Source: Lepidodermella squamata (Eukaryota > Animalia > Gastrotricha). From it: a stretch of DNA of 64,000 nucleotides. The translations under genes and the position numbers were made by a program. This document shows, in pieces, positions 1 to 11,700 of this stretch (its first letter is position 1; each line of letters starts with the position of its first letter). Below the pieces are notes generated by a model. That model saw only the letters and a list, made by a program, of their open reading frames with translations, ran no database searches and was not told the DNA's origin. The stretch is from the NCBI GenBank assembly GCA_047495785.1, contig JBLDXI010000014.1, positions 372,001 through 436,000 on the forward strand, written 5' to 3'.

Positions 1-146
1 CCAATCGTTAAAATTGTACATTGCTATCGTGCAGGTCACATTTTTTGGTTATTTTCAAGTTCCGCTAGAGGCTCGCGACAATAATCTCAGGCTCCATCGG
101 GGGATGTTATCCGAAAAGCAAAATCGGACAGGCAGCAGATAGGATA

Positions 147-184
147 GAAAAACAGAGTATATTGTTCAATATACTCTGTTTTTC
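147..184. repeat. Perfect inverted repeat (18 bp arms, 2 nt loop)
   Basis: gaaaaacagagtatattg-tt-caatatactctgtttttc read directly. Confidence 0.9.
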
Positions 185-772
185 AAATTGGTTTCACTTT
201 AGGAGGATCTACTGGTTCATACACTACAGCCTGTAAGGCGTTATTCCCAAGCGCATATATGATTCAATAATCGAGATGTTCATGGGGCAACGAATGGGAA
301 GGCTGACTTGCTAAGGCATAAATTGCCTCACTTACCGATTACCTATACTCAGTAAAAAATTGAATGTTCCTGGAAACGATTGATTTTATTCACAATACCT
401 CCACATTGTGACAACACCGCTTCTAAAACAAAGCTGTTGGTTGAAGGTTTTCACAGCCAGGATGAGCACATATCTAAACATGATTCTCGGTTGAATATCA
501 TAATCTATATTGTTGGCTGCGGCGAGCTCAACGCTGAAATGATTCGCCGCGGCGTGCCAATATCGATTCCTCTAAAATACACGCATCGAAGCGACGTCAT
601 TAAAAATTACGAGCGTTACATATCTGACTTCCGTTGCCAGGCGATTGCGGCAAGATAGCTGACTGACAATAAAGCTGCAGCTATTTCACGAAGTTTTTAG
701 GCGCAAAAAATGTCACACCAGCAACATTGCGGTTTTCGACCAAATCAGTTTGCTCAATAAACAAATAATATA

Positions 773-1908
773 ATGACTTATCTGGTAACGCTCAAAACAT
801 ATCTGCCCAAGTTTATTTTGTGCACAGCATTTGTCTCAACCCTGATTAATCTGACATTATGGCTAAGCTTCTACACAAGCGGGGGCAGATCGATTCTGCC
901 CATTCCTGAAATCTACCGATGTGATTCGACAGCTAGGCAACAGCAAAATGGGAACTCATCGCAGCCTGTTGTAGAGTTGCCAGATTTCAGTAAGGCCACT
1001 ATCGCAGTGAGCCCCAAAGGTATCAAGATTCCAAAGATTCTTCATCAGACTTGGAAAAAACGAGACAATCTGCCTCCTAAATACAAAAAGTACCGTCAAA
1101 CATGGTTGGACATGCACCCAGACTGGACCCACCACCTGTGGACCGACGAGGAGAATCGAGAGCTTGTCAGAAGGCATTACCCGTGGCTTCTGAAGGTCTA
1201 CGACGAGTTTCCGGTCGGAATCCTGCGGTCAGATACCAGCCATTACCTTCAAATGCATCAATACGGTGGTTTGTATGCAGATCTCGATATGGAACCCTTG
1301 AGGAAGCTGGACTTTTTGCTGGACAATGCAACACATCCTGTAATACTTGGTTACATGAGAAGTAACTATGAAGACCTAGCCAACATCCAGCCGGGGTTTA
1401 TAATCTCCGAACCTGGTCACTTGGTATTCCTCGTCACGGCTATGAAGATTTTGTGGGCAGGCATTACTATGCCTAAAAACAGCAGGTTTGTTGATTTCTG
1501 TGATTTAGGACCATTCACCTGATTGTTATTTGCAGACCTGACTATGTGACTGGTCCTGTAATTTTCTACCAAGCCATTGAAGACTACGTCAACCTGTACG
1601 GTCGTGGTTCAAAGGACTCAATAAAAACTGGCTCCCCTGTTGTTCACGATTTGCGCATATTAGAGCCTGGGCTGATCTACCCGTATCACTGGTCTGAACA
1701 TAGTTCAAAGCGTGGTGAAATATGCGATGGACAGCGGCCAACCCAAGACGAGAAGGCCTGCAAAGCTCTGTTCCCCAACGCCTACACCATTCAGTATTCA
1801 GCCTATTCGTGGGGCAAGGAGTGGGAAGGCTGGCTGGCTAAAAATAATTTACCTGAGGTAGGGCGCAGGAAACGCCGAGACATTCTACTCCCTACTACCT
1901 CTAACTGA
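773..1908 (+). CDS. GT32 (DXD) glycosyltransferase, SUR1/MIPC-synthase-like, copy 1; 2 exons (intron 1486-1535)
   Basis: N-terminal TM anchor, IPKILHQTWK, GGLYADLD DXD motif, TGP motif. The GT..AG intron joins ORFs 773..1522 and 1546..1908 in frame (KNSR|PDYVTGP). Confidence 0.85.
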
Positions 1909-2335
1909 ATGCTCTAAGCTATAATTAGTGATTATTTAATTTCAAAACGACGCAATGAGTTAGAATAAAAAAGCGGTGGAAGCCATGTGCGATTGCATCC
2001 GACGTTTTGCATCGTTTCAAATGCTTTCATCTATCAAGAAAAATGGCACGAACTTGGTGTCATTTAATATAGTAGCATCATAACGCAGTGTTGTCATCTC
2101 ACGCTGTCAGTGCTTTAAACTGGTCACCTAGTAATGTTTTGCTGCGGGTGTAATAACTAGTAGCATTTTTTAAGCTTATAATAGCTGTTAATATCGCCGT
2201 ATAAGTCTATTCAAATGAAGAGCTTGGGTTAGATGCATAAGGAGTCGTAAAGGCACTAACCGCAACGCTTCATTAGAAATTTGGCGATTGCGGATATAAC
2301 AGTCGAATAGTTTCGGGACATCACTCTTTTTTATT

Positions 2336-3397
2336 ATGTCGTTTACAATACATCGCTATACTGATTGGAAAAGCTGCGTCGTGGTAGTAGCTATCCTTAC
2401 AATTTTGATAAATCTAGTTGTACTCTTTAACGGCTATCGACTTATCGCGGCACCATGGCTAAAAGCCGAAAAAGCTGCAAACCAGCCATCACTTCCAGAT
2501 TTAGAGGCAACAATTGTAACAAGTCCAAAAGGCATCAAGATACCAAAGATTCTTCATCAAACCTGGAAGGCACGAGATAACCTGCCTCCTAAATACAAAA
2601 AGTACCGTCAAACGTGGCTGGAAATGCATCCAGACTGGACGCACCACCTGTGGACAGATGAAGAGAATCGAGAACTTGTCCGAAGGCATTACCCATGGCT
2701 TCTGAAGGTCTACGACGAGTTTCCTGTCGGTATTTTACGCTCAGATACCAGCCATTACCTTCAAATGCATCAATACGGTGGGCTGTATGCAGATCTTGAT
2801 ATGGAACCCTTGAGGAAGCTGGACTTTTTACTGAACAACGCAACCCATCCTGTCACCTTGGGATATATGAGAAGCTACTTCGAGGACATATCAAACATCC
2901 AGCCAGGGTTCATGATCTCTGAACCCGGTCATCTGCTATTCCTCGTCACGGCCATGAAGATTTTGTGGGCAGGGACTACCATGCCGAAAAATATCAGGTA
3001 TGTACTATTTACAATGCGCGATGATTTTAATTCACTAAAGCACTTTTGCTCTTTCAGACCTGACTATGTGACTGGTCCTGTCATTTTCTGTCAGGCTATC
3101 GAAGAATACGTGAAGTTGTATGGAAATAATGTTTCCTTGTCCATTCGATCTGGTTTGCCTGTAGTTCACGATCTGCGAATTCTCGAGCCTGGCCTCATCT
3201 ATCCTTACCACTGGTCCGAGTCTAATACTGAGCGGGGCAAAGTTTGCGATGGGCAGAAGCCGACGCAAAACGAAACAGCGTGCAAAGCTTTATTTCCAAA
3301 CGCATACACTATACAGTACTCGGCTTTCTCATGGGGCAAAGACTGGCAAGGCTGGCTTGATAAAAACAAGCTCACAGAAACAGCGGGTGGACGATAA
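2336..3397 (+). CDS. GT32 glycosyltransferase, copy 2; 2 exons (intron 2998-3057)
   Basis: Catalytic region near-identical to copy 1, with a 60 nt stop-free intron at the same position as in copy 1. Confidence 0.85.
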   Translation: MSFTIHRYTDWKSCVVVVAILTILINLVVLFNGYRLIAAPWLKAEKAANQPSLPDLEATIVTSPKGIKIPKILHQTWKARDNLPPKYKKYRQTWLEMHPDWTHHLWTDEENRELVRRHYPWLLKVYDEFPVGILRSDTSHYLQMHQYGGLYADLDMEPLRKLDFLLNNATHPVTLGYMRSYFEDISNIQPGFMISEPGHLLFLVTAMKILWAGTTMPKNIRYVLFTMRDDFNSLKHFCSFRPDYVTGPVIFCQAIEEYVKLYGNNVSLSIRSGLPVVHDLRILEPGLIYPYHWSESNTERGKVCDGQKPTQNETACKALFPNAYTIQYSAFSWGKDWQGWLDKNKLTETAGGR

Positions 3398-3463
3398 TAT
3401 TTGTTAATATAAAAAAACGAAGGAAAAAACGTGATAAAATGTTGACGATTGTGATTTCTTAGT

Positions 3464-4210
3464 TTACTCGTCGAAGAAAGATGAGTCATTGTTAACCGCC
3501 ATTTCGAGTTTTGTTGGCTTGGCACTGTCAGGTCTCGAGGCTCTGCGATCGTCCTTAGCCTTGCTTTTTGTTTCTGCGGGCTTCGGTGTAGGCTGCTCGT
3601 CTTCCGAGCTACTTGAGGACGAAGATTTCGAATTAGATGATGACGAAGACGACGATGATGAACTGCGAGTTTTATCTTTTTTCTTGCCTTTCTCGATGTC
3701 TGAATCAGAGGATGAGTCAGAGCTTGAACTGGACGATGACGAGGAGCTTGACGAGTTGGAATCGGACGAAGACGACGAAGAAGTTGACGGTGACCGATGC
3801 TTGCGATGCCTGTGCCGATGTCTCCTATGCTTATGCTTCCTGTGCTTTTCTTTTTTAGCATCGCTTTCATCATCGCGATGCTTGCTCTTCGATTTGCTGT
3901 CCCTACGATGATGGCAGAGTTGATCTGGATCTTTCTCTTCCAGGTGTTTACATTTCGACGTACAAGACACGTCATGAAACTCTCCAGGACAGTGTGGATG
4001 TCGTTTCTTCCGTCGTGATTGATGCCGAGCTACGACATTCAAAGCATCGCATTTGCAACACTGGCACTCGACAAGAACCGCCGAATCTCGACCGAATATG
4101 TCAATGCTATTTTCGTCTACTACGATCTCGCCCATCTCGCTGAACTTGAGCTTGTACACGCTACCGTGCCTCCGATCGTAGACGACATAGCTTTTCTCAC
4201 GTCGAGGCAT
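3464..4210 (-). CDS. Intronless low-complexity protein: Cys/His-containing N-terminus, His/Arg/Lys block, poly-Ser tracts
   Basis: About 248 aa ORF from ATG 4210 with blocky, biased composition; no recognised domain. Confidence 0.6.
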   Translation of the reverse strand: MPRREKSYVVYDRRHGSVYKLKFSEMGEIVVDENSIDIFGRDSAVLVECQCCKCDALNVVARHQSRRKKRHPHCPGEFHDVSCTSKCKHLEEKDPDQLCHHRRDSKSKSKHRDDESDAKKEKHRKHKHRRHRHRHRKHRSPSTSSSSSSDSNSSSSSSSSSSSSDSSSDSDIEKGKKKDKTRSSSSSSSSSSNSKSSSSSSSEDEQPTPKPAETKSKAKDDRRASRPDSAKPTKLEMAVNNDSSFFDE

Positions 4211-5975
4211 TGATATATCAAGCAAAAGTCTATCGCTAGTAAAAACTGTATGAATGTTTTTGCTTCAAAAAGTGTGCATATGGCGACGAGAAGCGCAGCA
4301 TCGATATGTTTTAGTGCGAAACGTTTTTCCGGTCGAAATGTATTGATCGCGCTTTATCGTCGAAATGAATTATTGATTGATTTTCATTACTAATTCATTT
4401 TGTATCGGTGATCTTTGTCGCCGGTAATGCGAATCCTGATGCAGTGATTTTTCTTGGAATGCGTCACGAAAAATTGAGCGACTTCTTCATCATTAGCCTG
4501 CTTAATTATATGGTGAATCAAATCGAATTTCTAGAAGGATAACAGCCTCAATATCATTATTCACATCAGGCGTCAAGTTGCCTCGGATATGTTAGCATCT
4601 AGGCCCTATTATAATTTCATCGGCCCAATCATGTAAAAAATGGTAAGCCCCACTCAAGTGAAGCCATTAATCCTCTCATAAGAACAAGGTAATAAGCTTC
4701 ATACTGATAATTAAATTTCGATTTTTTTTTCTATTCAAATGTACGCACTCTCGCTGCGTTACTGATTATCTTGCATGCCTTGACATCGATTATCTATTTG
4801 ACGTGCGTTCTGCTGCGTCTGAAGACAGCCTTCAGGTGCCGGCAATAAATTCGATTGATCCAGCCTAGCGTAATTCAGAGTCCCACAAGTGAGGGCGAAT
4901 CCATTGAGATTCGACCTTGCTCCATCGTGCCGGATTTGTAATACAAATTCTCCATGTCGCCCATGTATGAGGTGGGAGATCTTGTAACCGATAACAAGGC
5001 GAGCTTCCGTTTTTTTCAAGACCGAATTCTGATCAGGCCAACTTCCGAGAGTGGCATGTTTACAATAATATGCGATTGACTAAGCATTGGCTGAGTGGAT
5101 TAAAAAACGACAAGTATCGACTCAGCTGATGTATAGCCGCGTTATTAGCTACGCTTGAGCTCTCAACACTGAAAAAAAACGTCATTTTTACTATGTGCGC
5201 ATGCGCATAATTAAAAATTCGATATAAATGCCACACATCAAATAACGATTTTTTTATAATGGATTTGGAATCAGTTTTTTATTAAATAAAGCCAGAGACA
5301 ACTTTCAACATTAGACTCTGCAGATTTTTTGTCTGCGCGAATAAATTGGCTGGTCGTAGAGAACAAAAGTTATCCCTGCTGGGTGACGAAAATAGTCACG
5401 TAAATGAGCTAAATCCAATATAGGATAAATCGCCTCAACTAATTTAGCACGTTTTTAGCCGCACCAAATATATAAACTGCGCATCAGCTTTTTAGGTGGC
5501 TGCTATGATTTCGCCTGATAAAATTTGTGATTTCGAACTTTTTTCGGCTTGAATTTACTTCTGTTGGCAAATCGGCTCACACTTATTCGGGACATGGTTG
5601 CTCTGTTTCGCTGGGAAGTAATTACGTCATAGCGGCATTGCTCATATCCATTTAAATAATTAAATGATAACGCTGAGTTTATGAGCGGATTGCACTTCAA
5701 TTAATTCTGATTATACGAGGTCGGCGAAACTATCTGCTTACGTTGTTTGGACATTCTCGAACTCTCCCGTGAGTTTGATGGCTTCGAATTTCGCTTCCCA
5801 ACTTTATTGCGATAATAACTAGACGCGGACAAGGGCTTCTTGATTAATTTTTGCGCAATCAACCACCTCGAAAATCGTAAATTACGAAGATTATAAACCG
5901 CACTTCTCATTTTTTAGGCTAGATAATCTGTCAACATATCTTTTTACTAATTTGAAAACAATGTGATGAACAAAT

Positions 5976-7852
5976 ATGGCTGAAACTGGCGAAACCGCCT
6001 TATTAATGCTGATATCTACGATATCGGTAATCGGAGCGATTGGCAATTTGATCCTGCTGACTTTTTTCATCCGCAAAATGTGTAACCAAACTTCGTCCAA
6101 ATCCGGCAGTTTGCTGACCTCAATCTCGAATCAGCGAATGACAACAACCACGTTCATCCTAGTGCTGTCAGCTAACGACCTAGTCGCTTGCATTCTAGTC
6201 ATGCCGATGACAATTATTTACGAAACGTCGCCGAAGTTGATTTTCACGACAGATTTTTCGTGCAAATTCTACCACTTCGTAACAACATCGGTGATACCGT
6301 TTTCTGCTTTCTTGATCATCGCAATATCGGTCGATCGTTACCTGTGCATTATCCATCCGCTGCGCAACTTTCTGACCCCATGCCGAGCTAGATTTATCGT
6401 CATAATTCTTGCTGTTATATCATCTCTGATGGGAATTCTTGTCGCTATTAATTTTTCGGCGGCGAAATCAGACGAGCCATCACGTGCTGCCTTTGACGAG
6501 CGTCTGCTAACGCTGCAATATGGCGGAATTTCGAAGCCTGAGGTTCAACTCACCTCCACTGAGAGATATGACTTTACAAACGCCACGTCTTTCAAAAACA
6601 CGAAGGCCCCTAGAGTTAAAGCGAGCCGGAATTCGAATAGAACCTTGCGCGTTAAAACTTTCATGACTTCATCGACGACCACGCGAAAAATGGAGCCGAA
6701 AAGTAACCGATCGAGCCGCATATCAATGCTCGCCATGCTGCTGCAGACTAATTTCACGAGTCAGACGACGACTGTGGATTATGATGAGGACGATCATGAT
6801 CTTCACATGTGTATGCAGAGGCCGATGCTGGGCGAATTCTCCGAATTCTACCATTACATTCATAATGTGAGTCTCCAACTTTTTTATTAATAATTTTAAT
6901 TTATTTTTATTAAATTATTATAAAAATATTAATAATTTTTTTTATTAATTTTCAGGCTATTATTTTTGGCTCTGCTTTTACCGTTCCTTTCGTTCTCTAC
7001 GCTATCATTTACTGCCGAATTTCCAAGCGACAACTGCAAAAAGCACGGCGAAAGTCTGTGTCCACGCAAATTTTACTCCAGAATTCAACAATGCAAGTCC
7101 ATGACAGCAGTCGCGACGTCAGCTCGCCGCCGCTAAAACATCGCAACAGCTCAGTTGAGACCTACGAGGATATTAGCAGTGACAGCGCTGATGTCGCCAC
7201 AAATCGCTTATCGACAGTTCTGGAAGTGTCGGCGAGAAACAGCGCTGAAACTAGCGAGCAAGTTCAAATGCCATTGCCTCAGGTGATTGTGAATAACGAA
7301 CAGGAAAGCTCGGCGGGCGGCCTGAAAATGCGCGCTATGTTGCCTTGCAACCACACGTCATGTAGTCCGAAACGCAGCGTCAGTACGTTAGCTCTGAATA
7401 CACCTGCCGATGAATCCCTACGGAACAGCAGTAGTTTCTGCGTAACTGAAGCTACGGCTGCTAAATCTAGCAATTACGGGTCAACAGGGCGGAGTAATGG
7501 CTTGGCCCGAACTCCGTCCAAGGTTCGATTCAGTAGAAACATGGTCACAACGAGTCTCGTCAGGCGGAAGGGGTCTGTTATCAGTGTGACAACCCTGACG
7601 AGTGCTGAAAGGTCAGGCCAGGTCAGGCTGGCAGCTACTCTGTTCGTTGTCACTCTCGTTTTTGTCGTGTCCTACTTACCAGCGCTGATAGCCAACTACG
7701 TCCTGCCGAGCATGGATTCAGCGTGGAATCGATTCGCCTTTTACGTGTACTTTGCTAATAATGCAGCTAATCCTATTATCTACGGCGTGATGAATCGCCA
7801 GTTTCGCGAAGAACTCAAAAGCTGCATCGTTCCGAGCAAGACTAATTACTAA
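5976..7852 (+). CDS. Rhodopsin-family (class A) GPCR, peptide-receptor-like; 2 exons (intron 6867-6955)
   Basis: TM1 GN, TM2 LSANDL, TM3 DRY, TM7 NPIIY. The splice restores TM5 (HN|AIIFGSAFTVPFVLYAIIY). Confidence 0.9.
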
Positions 7853-8723
7853 TTTTATTATTTTTGATGACGAAATAAAATTTGCAAATTCATTTTTATT
7901 ATTATCCGAAAAAGTGAGCACCTCCTCTTTTTTGTTCAATTATTATTACTTCTCTTTTTTTCGTCCAATTTATGGATGCAGTAATAACAATAATAAGATT
8001 TCCGTCATTCCAAGTACAAGTTCAGTTGATTAAGAAGATATAAGAGTGAGACACGCGTTTGATACCTGCAGCTGGCAGTACTCAAGAAAATGAGATAGAG
8101 TGAAAAAAATCCCGATTTTTTACACATTCTACGTTTTTTTTAGTAATTTGACGACGATGAATTGCGAGCCCGCGTTCACCACCAGCGCGGTTTGAGCCGA
8201 ATCAACGCGAGCAGATTAAACACACACGTGTGTTCGGAAGTGTAAGGGGGTTTGATCGAAAAAAAGAATAAACTATCAATCATAATATAGAGACTGAGAA
8301 TGCATGACAAATAATAATCAATTTCTTTTAATATATTACATACATCGTCAGATTTTTATTCAAGATTTTTGAGAAAGAACAAATAAAACTCGAGCGATAT
8401 ATAATTTACAAAAATTTCGGGTGGTAACGCCAATAAATTACTTCATAATAATTTTCTATAATATATTATTATTATTGTAACATCAACTGAGCTAATTCTT
8501 TCGCAAATTCAGACAAATGAAAAATCGTTAATTTTCGAACTTGAAAAACCGGCCTCGCTTTTTTCGAAACAACGAGGCAGGAGAATAGTTACGAAACAAC
8601 TGAGGACAGATAACAAAACATAGAGAGACATTTCAGATCAAAACTTAAAGGTTGCCTAAATCGACTTTTGAGCGGTATATTCACTGCAGGCTATCTTTTA
8701 AAGATATATCGCGTCTACTGACT

Positions 8724-11700
8724 CTACCGGCCTCGTTGAAATCTGCTATCTGCCGAGACTATTTTCTGACACACCTTGCACTTGGACGTGTGGTTGCGTC
8801 CGGTTCCGTGTTTGAGTTGCACCGATCGCGGCGTTTCGCCGATGCGGTCACCGTTGTTGTCCGCGCCACCGACCGACGCCAGCCAGAAACTGAGGTCGTT
8901 CTGGTACACGAAGCAAGTGCCGCGCGAACCACTGCATTCGACGAACGGCTGCGGCGTCCATTCGAGTAGACACGAGCCAGGGCTGTGCAGCAGCTGGCCG
9001 CCGCCTTGAGACCCAACACCAGTATGCTATAACAAAACAATATCAATTGTCACCTATTTTTTTAGGAATTTTAATCAAACCAACCATTACGAAGCTGAAC
9101 CCGCTCCACAATTCACGCCAGCCTTGCGGGCATTCAGCATGCGTGTGGTTGCGCTGAGAATGAACGGCAATGACGGCGGCTGGGACTTCGCACACGGAGC
9201 ATCGCGAAATCACCTCTCGCAGACCTGTGCCATTCACCGGCATGTTCAGGTTCGGCCCGTGTGTTGACAGCCAGTACGACTTGTCGTTGCGCGATGCGTA
9301 GTAGCACGTGTCGCGGTAGTCGCAGAACAAGAATGGCATTGTGCTGAACCGCCTCAAGCACGAGCCGGCCTTGCCAAGGTCCTGGTTGCCGGCATTCTCG
9401 TCACCCTGAAGGAACAACAGAGAGTAGCCATCCCACAGTTTCCTCTCGCCAGCCTTGCACTCTGGAACGACCTTCGACTGACTGTGGCGGACCAGCAGGA
9501 AACCGGCTTGGGGTACGAGACCAGCGTTGCCTTTTTCACCAGGGCGACCGGCGATACCTGGGCTGCCAGCGCGGCCAGCATCACCCTTATCACCCTTGGC
9601 GCCATCGACACCCGGTTGGCCATTCGTACCCGGCCGACCAGGATCACCCTTGGCACCTCGCTGACCAGGCGGGCCCTGTGGACCAGGAGGCCCGACCAGA
9701 CCGGCGTTGCCCTTGTCACCCTTCGCACCCGTCAGGCCTCGCTCGCCAAGATCGCCCTTATCACCCTTCGGACCAAGAGGACCTATTTCACCCGGTCGTC
9801 CAGGGTTGCCCCGATCACCCTTGTCTCCTCGCTCGCCTCTGACACCCTTTTCTCCGAGACGTCCAGGGACTCCCAGTTCACCCTTTTCACCAGGACGACC
9901 CGGCAGGCCGCGATCACCTTTATTGCCAGGGATGCCAGCTTCGCCCGGCTCACCAGCAGGACCAGTCATGCCTTTAGTTCCAGGAACACCTGGCCGGCCA
10001 GGCATACCAGCAATGCCTTTCTCGCCGCGTGGGCCAGTAAGACCTGCTTGGCCTTGGTCGCCTTTCAAACCGCGCTCGCCGCTTGGACCAGTCGAGCCTT
10101 TGTCACCCTTGGTACCTTTAACTTCAGTTGCCCTAGAAAGCAAAAGTAAAATCGATAGAAAAAAACCACAATGAAATTCGATAAATAATTACATCAAACC
10201 AGGAAGACCTCGATCGCCCTTCATGCCCGTGTCACCCTTGTCGCCGCGATCACCCTTCTGACCTGGCAGGCCAGTTGCACCCAAACGACCAGGTTCTCCA
10301 GGCTCTCCAGTAACAGTCTATTCAAGTGAAATGAATGCATTTTTATCGTGAATATTTTAAATACAACTTACCGGCCCGATCTCTCCCTTAACGCCTTGAT
10401 CTCCTTTAGGTCCAGGGTCGCCTTTCGGACCTGGCGGTCCGTTCTGGCCAGGAATACCACCATTGCCCTTGTCACCCTTGCCGCCCTTCATTCCGTTCAC
10501 ACCAGCATCGCCCTTTTCACCAATCGGTCCTGGTTGACCTGGTAGTCCTTGAGCACCTTTTAGACCAGGAATGCCGTCGTTTCCTCTGTCACCTCGCTCC
10601 CCAGGCATTCCAGGTCGTCCTGGCTCTCCACGGTCGCCCTCGCGTCCCAATTCACCCTTTTCACCTCTCTGACCAGGGACACCAGGCTGTCCTTGCAACC
10701 CAGGCATGCCACCGTCACCCTTTTCTCCGCGTTCACCAGTGTTGCCCTTGTTACCTTTCTCGCCGTTTTGACCTGAAATTGCATTCAAAAATTAAATCGA
10801 CAGGTTTAACATGACTGTGCTGTAATTACCTGGTCTACCAGGAGCACCAGGTTGGCCGGGTTCGCCAGTTGTACCAGCTTCGCCCTTTTCGCCTTGTTCT
10901 CCAATCGGACCTGTGAGGCCTACCGGTCCCTGATCACCCTTGTCGCCCTTGTCGCCAGAAACTCCACGCTGGCCTGGCATGCCGGGCGCACCTTTCTCTC
11001 CTCGAGGTCCACGGTCGCCTTTAACGCTGTTGCCAGGATCACCACGAGGGCCGGGTTCGCCGAGCGGACCAGGCTGACCCAAAGGTCCAGGCGATCCTGG
11101 GAGGCCAAGATCACCCTTGTCACCCTTCGATCCTCGAGATCCAGGTTGGCCACGATCACCTTTAGGTCCAGTTGGACCTAGCGGGCCCCTCTCGCCAGGA
11201 GAACCAGCTATGCCCTGCTGACCAGGAGCACCCGGGGGCCCGGCTTGGCCATCGCGACCAGATTCACCACGATCACCTTTGTCGCCCTTGGATCCTTTAT
11301 TGCCCTTCGGTCCTTGGTCGCCTCGCTCACCGAGATGGCCTTTGTCTCCGGGCTTTCCTGGGAGTCCAGGGTTTCCAGAAGGACCATCACTAAAAGATAA
11401 TGAGTTGTCATGGTCAATTGACATCTCAAACAATGATTAGCTTACTTTCCACGATCACCTTTAGGTCCACGAGCACCAGGAAGGCCGGGAGCGCCAGCAT
11501 CTCCAGGTCGCCCTCTGTTTCCTTTCAGGCCCATATCACCCTTCTTGCCGAGAAGGCCGGCCTCGCCTAAGATAAAGAAATTATTGGAGACTAAGTTAGG
11601 CCGTGTAAAACAAATTTACCCTTATTTCCTTTATCGCCACGTTCGCCAGGCTGCCCAGCAGTACCTTTCTCGCCAGAATCACCTTTCGGGCCTTGCTTGC

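Noticed and set aside
3205-4018. Overlapping Asp/Glu-rich + strand and Arg-rich - strand ORFs
   Set aside because: Shadows of the poly-Ser ORF, with non-ATG starts; strand choice remains moderately uncertain
4759-5070. Coding-like GC content and an 86 aa ORF
   Set aside because: Non-ATG start, no recognisable motif, stops in alternative frames
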